Origin: Promethearchaeota archaeon
GTDB taxonomy: Archaea; Asgardarchaeota; Lokiarchaeia; Sigyniarchaeales; SOKP01
Assembly (NCBI GenBank): GCA_016840545.1
Contig: JAEOSD010000002.1
Span: 1-51,340, forward strand
Reading direction: 5' to 3'
DNA: 51,340 bases
Under the pieces are notes generated by a model. That model had not been told where the DNA came from, did no database searches, and worked only from the letters and a program-made list of their open reading frames with translations. A program made the position numbers and the translations under genes. Positions 44,001 through 50,803 of this stretch are shown piece after piece (position 1 is the first letter of the stretch; each line of letters opens with the position of its first letter).

Positions 44001-46730
44001 ACAAATATAACATTTATAGCTAATGGTACCATTGATCAGACTGAATGGAATACTCGAGCAAATGGAACTGTTATAATTGCTTTCTATGCAAATGATACCT
44101 TAGAGAATATGGTTTCTAGCTCTGTATTAGTTAGAAAAGATTCTATCGCGCCAAATATTACCATTATTTCTCCTTTATATAATGAGCTTTTTGGAGCCTT
44201 GGCGCCGACTTATACTGTGGAAATTACTGATAGCAACGGAATAGATACAATGTGGTATACACTTGATGGGGGGTTCACCAATATCACCTTTATAGCTAAT
44301 GGTTCCATAGACCAGATAGAATGGGTTGGTCAAGCAAATGGAACTGTTACAATTGCTTTCTATGCAAATGATACCTTAGGAAATCTAGCCTTTAATTCAA
44401 TTATAGTCAGGAAAGATATTTTATCAGGTCCAACCATTTTAATAAACTCACCAACTGAAAACAGTTTTTTTGGTTATAACTCTCCTAATTTTAATGTAGA
44501 AATAACTAATATTAATGGTATAGATACAATGTGGTATACGCTTGATGAGGGACTTACCAATATTACATTTATAGCTAACGGTACCATAGATCAGACTGAA
44601 TGGGATGCTCAGGGAAACGGAACAATCACAATTAGATTTTACTCAAATAATACTTTAGGAATTTTGAGCTTTATGGATATAACGGTTGGGAAAGATACCG
44701 AAATACCAGTGATAACAATTCATCACCCAATAGCAAACACAACATTTCTACTAAGTAGCCCTGAATTCAATCTTTCTATTACTGAAGGAAATTTGGATTT
44801 CACATGCTATTCCCTATCTAACGATACATATGTAACAGGCAATTTTACATTTTCCGGTTTAACAGGAAAAATAGATCAAGAGCTCTGGGATAGTTTTATT
44901 AGTGGTCCGGTAGAAGTAATTTTTTATGCTATTGACAAAGCAGGAAATATTGGCTTTCAAAATGTGTCTATTATAAAACAATCAGAATATTACATTTTAG
45001 AAACTATAATTATTGACGATACTGGAGCAGGTAATTACACTTGGGATCAAGCAAAAGCTCAAGAGTGGTGCTCTGGTTCTGGCACTTGGAATGATCCATA
45101 TATTATTGAATTCTTAGAAATTGATGGTCTAAATAATGGAAGTAATTTAATAATTAGAAATTCTAATGCGTATTTCATTATTAGGGATAGTAGTTTTTAT
45201 AATTCTGGTGGAGGAGTTACTGATGCTGGGCTCAAATTAGAACATGTTTCAAATGCTACATTAATTAATCTTGATTGCTCGAATAATAATGGGCATGGAA
45301 TTTATTTATACAATTGTTATAATATCACCATATTAGAAAGCAATATGAATCATAATAAGTTAGCGGGTATTTTTCTAAATGCGAGTAGTTACATTTTCAT
45401 TTTAAACAACACAGAAACAATAAGTTATAATTATTGGGGTATTTATCTCTTTTCGAGTCATAATAACACCATCAGTGGAAACTTCATAGGATATAATCAA
45501 GTAGGATTAGTTCTTAAGCAATCTAACAATAATTCTATAATTGAAAATATCTTCATGGAAAATGATGAAGCTTATGTTGAAGAAGATAGTTATGGAAATA
45601 CATTTCAAGGAAATACGGTAGTACAGAAACCTGATAATCTATTTGTAATTATTATAATTGTTATCAGTTTAGTTAGTATTTCTGGTTTTAGTTTTATAGT
45701 TGTTCGGAAGAGAATAATTATTCCAAAAAAAGGGAGAAAAATAAAAGTATATGACAAAAAGAAAATTAAAGTCGAAGAAAAAATTCATAATAGGTTGTTA
45801 GCTGTTGATCGTTTGATAGAGTTAAAAAATGTAAAAGAAGCACTTAAGGATCTTGAAGAAATTAAAGATTTATGCAAAGTATATGGTCTATTTGAAAAAT
45901 CAAATGAATGTGATGAAAAAATTAATCAATGTAATAGTGAATATCTAGAAATGATTAATATAGTCAAAAGAGTTGTTTTAAATTTAGCTACAAAATTTGC
46001 GAGATTAGAAATAATCGATATTAGTGAAAAAATTGGAATAAGTGATATAAATTTCATTATTGAAGTCTTGCAAGAAATGTTTCGGAATAATGAGATTAAG
46101 GGTGAATATTTTTCAAAATCGAAAACAATTGCTTTTGACAGACAATCAAATATCGAACAACTCGAGCAGTTCATAAAAATCTATAGAGAATGGGAGATGT
46201 TAAATCTTGACAGGGATGATTCGGAGCTGCTATTAGAAGAAATTCGCTCAGAGGAAATAAAACCGAAAGCTATAGTTTCTAAATTATTGCCTGAGAAATT
46301 CAAAGAACTTAATGTTTTCTTAAGTTATTTTACTCTGGATGCTGATCACTTCCAAATATTAAGAGTTGCAAAGAGTTTAGAAGAATACCCAGAGATTGAT
46401 AAAGTAATGTATTGGGAATCGGATAGATCAAAAGAAATTGCAGATTATGCAGAATTTATGGATGAAACACTTAAAAAATATGACGTGTTTGTGTTATTTT
46501 GTAGTACAAATTCTATGAAATCTGCTTCTGTAAAAGATGAGTGGCAAGCAGCATTTGAGAAAAGGAAAAAGGGTTTAATTAAAATTATTCCTGTTTATGA
46601 AAAACTGGATGACATTCCAGTTATATTAGGACACTTTTTGAATGTTAAATATGATCAAAAACAATTTGAAAATTTTATCAAGAATCTTTATCAAGAGATC
46701 ATGCGCTCAAAAGGTAGCAGAATTTCTTAG
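41097..46730 (+). CDS. giant membrane receptor-like protein: signal anchor, family-5 solute-binding domain, beta-helix 1, Ig-like repeats, beta-helix 2, TM helix, cytoplasmic helical/winged-helix module, TIR-like domain
   Basis: The SBP_bac_5-like region includes ALDPQNAWDQDSYNVINQVCEGLF...IPRLA...WYTVSLRPNVFFHDGTKFNASAVKFTFDRL. The NosD-like beta-helix includes GNYWDDYGGVDANDDGIGDTPYLIP. There are four repeats of about 95 aa (MWYTLDGGFTNITFIANGTIDQ). Beta-helix 2 is nearly identical to that of gene A. The TM helix is LFVIIIIVISLVSISGFSFIVV, followed by RKRIIIPKKGRK. The TIR-like C-terminus is LNVFLSYFTLDADHF...VFVLFCSTNSMKSASVKDEWQAAF...IIPVYE. Confidence 0.75.
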   Translation: MKSKVNAHLSRKIKCNSFSMNFKKKIMLKRVSILFFILIFFSSIFFSNLNTRINEPHKKDPISYDKDPQLSNQGDDIFKLVFGTPYGPNALDPQNAWDQDSYNVINQVCEGLFSHNLSDPNLSIIPRLATAKGTWMINSTDTWYTVSLRPNVFFHDGTKFNASAVKFTFDRLSYFMNVSGTLPGEVGLSIISVVYEYYDFDLGKNYPIINNTVIIDEYTIRFELNKPYGPFEALLCFTGSYILSPTSTPQYDRINTTVGDLVGTGPFVYDHFIPGDEVKFHAFENYWAGKANITFLKFSIIPSAIGRNNALLSGEVDLIIDPLASMYDNFDADPDITLNDAGQTTLVRYLGMNNKRINVTWRKAISNAINYSYIINVLLEGNAIRLKSPLPENMIFANWSFNVALYNVTKAREIMQSMGFGVGFTTEAEWSTATFATFNYSYNIGNSFREDILTLLQVNLDKIGIEVTDAGTSWMEYFYKIVEIPPYTRDMLELYFLNWIPDYFDPSNYINDLFTNRSVEVNGVQYNGYTEAIAAGRDPFDLWDNVQLLMDAALFETDQIARKAMYDRIQQLLVEEDMPWAFCCLPDNYDAYQSHILGFQSNSMGILSFYGVKQNSTIAPQIISIDGIQEWQYFKDAGKCTGQGTSSDPYVIEDLAIDGRNKSVSCIQVENSDVYFTIENCTLYNSIGAGIKLINASNGQIIGNNCSNNTFGIYLDNINNTNNFSANVINNNLQYGVILNNVNNTRIFNNNFTINNVNAYDNGTNNNWDNGSIGNYWDDYGGVDANDDGIGDTPYLIPGTAGSQDNFPIWDDGIDIIAAKIDNIFLNGVNKTIDKSISLYLNELLEIIITYRENLTSNFITSATVSITGPTITANFTENIIAEHYIFILNTSDLIIGINNLEIKAYKVNYQQVSTNITVTVSVPVSDLSINIVSPSEGQLFGATAPSYNVEISGTNLDTMWYTLDGGFTNITFIANGTIDQTEWNTRANGTVIIAFYANDTLENMVSSSVLVRKDSIAPNITIISPLYNELFGALAPTYTVEITDSNGIDTMWYTLDGGFTNITFIANGSIDQIEWVGQANGTVTIAFYANDTLGNLAFNSIIVRKDILSGPTILINSPTENSFFGYNSPNFNVEITNINGIDTMWYTLDEGLTNITFIANGTIDQTEWDAQGNGTITIRFYSNNTLGILSFMDITVGKDTEIPVITIHHPIANTTFLLSSPEFNLSITEGNLDFTCYSLSNDTYVTGNFTFSGLTGKIDQELWDSFISGPVEVIFYAIDKAGNIGFQNVSIIKQSEYYILETIIIDDTGAGNYTWDQAKAQEWCSGSGTWNDPYIIEFLEIDGLNNGSNLIIRNSNAYFIIRDSSFYNSGGGVTDAGLKLEHVSNATLINLDCSNNNGHGIYLYNCYNITILESNMNHNKLAGIFLNASSYIFILNNTETISYNYWGIYLFSSHNNTISGNFIGYNQVGLVLKQSNNNSIIENIFMENDEAYVEEDSYGNTFQGNTVVQKPDNLFVIIIIVISLVSISGFSFIVVRKRIIIPKKGRKIKVYDKKKIKVEEKIHNRLLAVDRLIELKNVKEALKDLEEIKDLCKVYGLFEKSNECDEKINQCNSEYLEMINIVKRVVLNLATKFARLEIIDISEKIGISDINFIIEVLQEMFRNNEIKGEYFSKSKTIAFDRQSNIEQLEQFIKIYREWEMLNLDRDDSELLLEEIRSEEIKPKAIVSKLLPEKFKELNVFLSYFTLDADHFQILRVAKSLEEYPEIDKVMYWESDRSKEIADYAEFMDETLKKYDVFVLFCSTNSMKSASVKDEWQAAFEKRKKGLIKIIPVYEKLDDIPVILGHFLNVKYDQKQFENFIKNLYQEIMRSKGSRIS
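43864..44980 (+). repeat. four tandem in-frame repeats of about 280 bp encoding Ig-like (chitobiase C-terminal-like) domains inside gene B
   Basis: Units start near 43864, 44148, 44427 and 44703. Units 1-3 share GATAC(G/A)ATGTGGTA(C/T)AC.CTTGA.G..GG..T.AC.AATAT.AC.TTTATAGCTAA(T/C)GGT. Unit 4 is diverged. Confidence 0.85.
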
Positions 46731-46760
46731 ATAACAGCTTGACAATCAAATTTCTATAAC

Positions 46761-46842
46761 TGCTTTTTGAGCTTTTTGAAGTTATAAAAGAAAAAGTTAC
46801 TCAAGGGTAATATAATTTAATCTCATCTTTAGTCATCTAAAG
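46761..46842 (+). pseudogene. relic copy of the 3-prime end of the VOC gene (direct repeat copy 2)
   Basis: It translates as LLFELFEVIKEKVTQG-stop, versus VLFELFEVVKEKVTQEQYNLISTLVI-stop in the intact gene. There is no upstream coding continuation. Confidence 0.7.
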
Positions 46843-46896
46843 AATTTTAGGTATAAATTAAAAAAAAAAGGGATTTCTTAAATATAGGTTGTTATT

Positions 46897-47958
46897 CTAT
46901 ACAGAAAATCTTTGGTTAATATTTGTCTGAAATTGAATATGAGGTCTTCGATGAGCCTGAGCTTGGTATCCGCCTCTTTTTGAGACTAAATAAAATTGTG
47001 CCATTGTACTATTATGTACAAGAGTTATACCGCGCCATTTTTTATCATTCGAGTTAAACTCAACTACATTTCCAAGTCCTATTCCTTCTCGAGTAGAGAA
47101 GTTAAAGGTTAACTTCCGTAAAATGCTAATAATTTCATCATGATATTCTTTTGAATTTTCCTTAATTGGTTTATCAATAATAATTGGTTTATCTTTAAAT
47201 CTTAATGCTTCAATTGCAAAAGCTTTAAAGATATCATTACTCATATAGTTCCATGCATAAGAATTAGCATAAAATTCAATTCCAATAAACTCTCCATTTA
47301 TAAATACCGCTATTCCGCATTGGTTCTCGACATTCTTAAAGTTTTTAATGATTTTTTCAGTTTGTTTTTCGGATACCTTTGTCATTTCAAGATAACTTTG
47401 AGTTGGCGCAACGTTCATGGCATATTTCATTTCGGCTCTATGAGATTGGATTTCCTCCCAAACTGCTGATTGACCACTTGCTGAAATTGCCTCATACGCA
47501 ACATTTGGGTGTATTCTCATTTTTGATGATTTAAAGCCTCGTCCTTTATTATAAGTCCACCGTGATTGTTCTACGCATTTTGCAGGTATAGTGTATTTTT
47601 GTTTGCCTTTTCCGGGGTTTTCACTAAATACACTTTTCTTTCCTCCAACTGGGAGTAAAATTGGTTCCCAAATTGTACGGTCCTGCTTTCCACCATGAAC
47701 AGTCATTCCAAATGGAATTAATATTTGTTTATCGCTTTTATTTATAACCTCTAATTGACTAACAGCTTCAGTTTCAATTATTTCTATTAATCCGGATTCT
47801 TCTGCTTCTTTAATACTAATAAAATCTATAAATTTATCATCTTGAATAATAATGGGTATAACGGTCATATTTTCATAAGCTTGAGGTGTACCTAATTTAA
47901 GAAAACTTAATGGATTTTTAAAAATAGACTCAACAATTTCAATACTTTCACTTTTCAA
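46897..47958 (-). CDS. conserved hypothetical protein, tentatively ARPP-1/DUF6569-like
   Basis: YENMTVIPI near the N-terminus, HGGKQDRTI and IPAKCVEQSRWTY resemble, from memory, the PL..., GxxQNR and CVExGRW motifs of DUF6569/ARPP-1. Not verified. Confidence 0.35.
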   Translation of the reverse strand: MKSESIEIVESIFKNPLSFLKLGTPQAYENMTVIPIIIQDDKFIDFISIKEAEESGLIEIIETEAVSQLEVINKSDKQILIPFGMTVHGGKQDRTIWEPILLPVGGKKSVFSENPGKGKQKYTIPAKCVEQSRWTYNKGRGFKSSKMRIHPNVAYEAISASGQSAVWEEIQSHRAEMKYAMNVAPTQSYLEMTKVSEKQTEKIIKNFKNVENQCGIAVFINGEFIGIEFYANSYAWNYMSNDIFKAFAIEALRFKDKPIIIDKPIKENSKEYHDEIISILRKLTFNFSTREGIGLGNVVEFNSNDKKWRGITLVHNSTMAQFYLVSKRGGYQAQAHRRPHIQFQTNINQRFSV

Positions 47959-47960
47959 AT

Positions 47961-48380
47961 CTATTCATCCTCCAATTTATTATTTTTAATATTTTTCTTT
48001 TCTCCTTGGTTAGGCATTTCCTCCTCATAGAGAGGATCAACAAATTGATTAACAATCTTTTTCCCGTTTTTTGTAAGTTCAACCCCATAAGAGACTTTAA
48101 GCTTTCCTTTTTTGCTCAAACCATTGATTCTTGTACCCCTTTCCACTTGGAATTTAGTTTCTGATAGTTCCTCCTTATGCGTTTTAACCAAACCTCCTTT
48201 TTTAAGGGCATTCAGATGGTAATTTAGGTTTTGCTTTTCTATTCCTATATTGTCCGCAATATCTATTGGTCTTTGAGTTTTTTCAGAAAGCTCTTTCATG
48301 ATATCAACTCTTACAGGGCTCCGAAATACAAGCCCAACCTTATCGAAAATAGGTTTTTTCTTTTCTTTTTTTTTAGCCAT
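47961..48380 (-). CDS. winged helix-turn-helix (ArsR-like) transcriptional regulator
   Basis: VRVDIMKELSEKTQRPIDIADNIGIEKQNLNYHLNALKKGGLVK. It ends 2 nt before the downstream 353-aa gene starts, so the two are probably co-transcribed. Confidence 0.7.
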   Translation of the reverse strand: MAKKKEKKKPIFDKVGLVFRSPVRVDIMKELSEKTQRPIDIADNIGIEKQNLNYHLNALKKGGLVKTHKEELSETKFQVERGTRINGLSKKGKLKVSYGVELTKNGKKIVNQFVDPLYEEEMPNQGEKKNIKNNKLEDE

Positions 48381-48701
48381 ATTATCACATCATTATTAGT
48401 AAAAACTTTTTTTACTATAAAAATTTTTACTGTAAAAATAAATATTTATTTACATATTTAAATGTTTGTCTTTTTCATTAATAATTGCAGGTTTGAAAAG
48501 GAAAATTAATAAAAATGAAAAAGATTAATTTTAAATGAATTAAAGAAGGGATACTCTTTCTTTTCTAATTTGTTTTCTTATATTATTTACTTGGAGAACT
48601 AATTCCTTTCTATTCTGTTGCCATTTTGATAAGTATTGTTTTAAAGCATTTCAACTTATTAAAATAAAAAAAATTAAAAAAAAAGTAAAATTTTAACGTA
48701 A

Positions 48702-49547
48702 TTAACCTGTTGGAGAGAACACACCTGCAAAAACAAGCCACGCTAGGAATGTTTTTGAAACTAGACTTAATAGCTGATATACTCTTTCGCCATATAAATA
48801 GTCTTTCCATTTACCGACTCCTTTATATTGAAGAATCATGTTAATTGCGAACGTATTAAAGAAGAACAATTCAATTCCATAAATCATATAAACAAACCAA
48901 GGAATTCCGGGTCCAACAGAAACATCGGTATTAATAAAGTATGCGGTGATTACGATCCATGGTACTGCTCCAGCAATTACACCCAAATAGTAGGGTGTCC
49001 AATTAATCTTCTCTTTTAATTTCCTTGTGTATACGTTATAATTCTCCATAACTAATCCGAACATATTCATTAGAAAATTAGAAACAAATATCATAAAAAG
49101 AGACCAAAAATCAAGGACACCGAAAAACAATGCAATCAAAAAAATCATAACAGAGCTAGAAAAAGCATATTCAAACCAACGTATTTTATTAACCCCTCTT
49201 TTCAGATCTCTCACATACTTTTTGTTTAGCGGGTAAGCGATCAAGAAATGTGCTAACGCAGATAATAATAGAAAGGTTCCAACAAGCGCACCTAACGCAG
49301 TGAAGGTGAAAAATACTTCTATAACTGGCCCAAAAGTAGGTGGAGGTCCAGGATCAAAATTTTGATAAAAGGTATAGATATCTGCCGAAAAGCCTAATTG
49401 GGGTAAGAATCCGAATATTACCATCAGTAATCCCTGAATTAAATGCAAAAAAAACATATTCCGATTGAATTTCCTTAGATAATCGAAAGAAATATCAGAT
49501 TTTGGGATTAACCACTCATCTTTTAAATCATTATCAGTAGAGTTCAT
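48702..49547 (-). CDS. heliorhodopsin
   Basis: 7-TM protein collinear with my recollection of heliorhodopsin 48C12: FNRNMFFLHLIQ, RWFEYAFSSSVMI (counterion Glu126), AGAVPWI, and LQYKGVGKWKDYLYGERVYQLLSLVSKTFLAW (Schiff-base Lys265, codon 48755..48753). Confidence 0.85.
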   Translation of the reverse strand: MNSTDNDLKDEWLIPKSDISFDYLRKFNRNMFFLHLIQGLLMVIFGFLPQLGFSADIYTFYQNFDPGPPPTFGPVIEVFFTFTALGALVGTFLLLSALAHFLIAYPLNKKYVRDLKRGVNKIRWFEYAFSSSVMIFLIALFFGVLDFWSLFMIFVSNFLMNMFGLVMENYNVYTRKLKEKINWTPYYLGVIAGAVPWIVITAYFINTDVSVGPGIPWFVYMIYGIELFFFNTFAINMILQYKGVGKWKDYLYGERVYQLLSLVSKTFLAWLVFAGVFSPTG

Positions 49548-49818
49548 ATTTCAAAAAATGAGAGCTTCACACTTAAAATAATTCTATAAAAATTATAAAT
49601 CGGTAGTGAGCTTTTGTTTTAAAAACTATGAAAAAATTAATTAAAATTAATGTTTAATAAAATTCTTTTTCTAACTTCGATCAAAATTTTTATATTTTAA
49701 AAAATACTCGGCATTCGATCATCTCTTATTAAATTTTTATCATTATTTCAATTAGTTAATATTTCATTATGCGACTCCTTAAGTGCTTTCGTTTTGATCT
49801 ATTAAATAGTGATAAATA

Positions 49819-50325
49819 ATGAACGATAAAAATAATTTTATAAAAACACCCTTTAAAGGTGTTAAAATGAAGTTTCCAGAAGTTTCAGGATCTAATTTAG
49901 AATTTAAAGAGTTTAATATACCATATGATTTAGGTGGTCAATATAATATTGTTATAATCCCTTTCTGGCGTTCGCATCAAGTACTAGTGGACCAATGGGC
50001 TACTTTTTTAAATACTTTAACTAAAATGTACCCTGATTTAGAGTATTACGAGACTCCCACTCTAAGTATAGGCTATAAAATAATGAGATTTATGATTGAT
50101 GGCGGAATGAGAGCTGGCATACAAAATAAGAGAATAAGGGAAAGAACAATAACACTGTATATTAATAAAAGAAAATTTAGAAATAAATTAGATATTCCAA
50201 CTGAAAAAACTATTTCTCTTTTTTTAATAAACAGAGAAGGAGATATTTTATGGAGAAGTCAAGGTGAATTCAGTAGTAATAAAGCAGAAGAACTTGAAAA
50301 AGTTTTATTTGAATTAAATGCATAA
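49819..50325 (+). CDS. hypothetical protein (possibly thioredoxin-like fold, no CxxC)
   Basis: 168 aa. YNIVIIPFWRSHQVLVDQW and LFLINREGDILWRSQG resemble redoxin/ATP10-like strand patterns. Weak call. It lies immediately upstream of the Staygreen homologue. Confidence 0.45.
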   Translation: MNDKNNFIKTPFKGVKMKFPEVSGSNLEFKEFNIPYDLGGQYNIVIIPFWRSHQVLVDQWATFLNTLTKMYPDLEYYETPTLSIGYKIMRFMIDGGMRAGIQNKRIRERTITLYINKRKFRNKLDIPTEKTISLFLINREGDILWRSQGEFSSNKAEELEKVLFELNA

Positions 50326-50341
50326 AATTAAGTGATGTTAG

Positions 50342-50803
50342 ATCTCAGAATTAAACGAAGATAAACTAAATATAATATGTAAGGATTCATTAATACCGGG
50401 AAAGGCATTTATTCCTCGTAAATATACTTTAACTCATTCTGATTCAACAGGAGATTTATTTCTAACGATCGATTGTGAATATGATGATGAACAGATATCT
50501 GGTTTATATACTCGTTTTATGAGAGATGAGGTCTTAGCGGAGTGGATTGAGAATGAAGGACGATATGAACTCCATATTTACGTTCATGTTAGTGGAGGGT
50601 TTGTTTTTGGATGGGCAAAATTAAGATACAAGATTTTCAAACATCATATGCCTTTAGTTCTAAAAGCAATAAGGAAAGGAGATAGAGAATTATTTGAGTT
50701 ATTTCCAAGTTTAGATCAATCTCAAATCTATATTCATTTCTTATCAAACAGAAATAAATATAATAAAATAGAAGAATTTGGAATTTTAAAAGATTATAAA
50801 TAA
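50342..50803 (+). CDS. Staygreen (SGR, Mg-dechelatase family) homologue; 5-prime end unresolved
   Basis: PRKYTLTHSDSTGDLFLTI, RDEVLAEW, LHIYVHVSGG, LRYKIFKHHMPLVLKAIRKGDRELF, and YIHFLSNRNKYNKIEEFG follow the SGR consensus. The frame is open from 50342, but the first in-frame ATG is at 50519. Confidence 0.8.
   Translation: MSELNEDKLNIICKDSLIPGKAFIPRKYTLTHSDSTGDLFLTIDCEYDDEQISGLYTRFMRDEVLAEWIENEGRYELHIYVHVSGGFVFGWAKLRYKIFKHHMPLVLKAIRKGDRELFELFPSLDQSQIYIHFLSNRNKYNKIEEFGILKDYK

Noticed and set aside
41951-46174. Five short minus-strand ORFs inside the giant receptor gene
   Set aside because: They are antisense to a continuous 5.6-kb ORF with several recognisable domains.
48231-49019. ORFs 48231..48461 +, 48610..48810 - and 48828..49019 +
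   Set aside because: They overlap the wHTH gene, the spacer or the heliorhodopsin in other frames. They are Phe/Ile/Lys-rich with no motifs.
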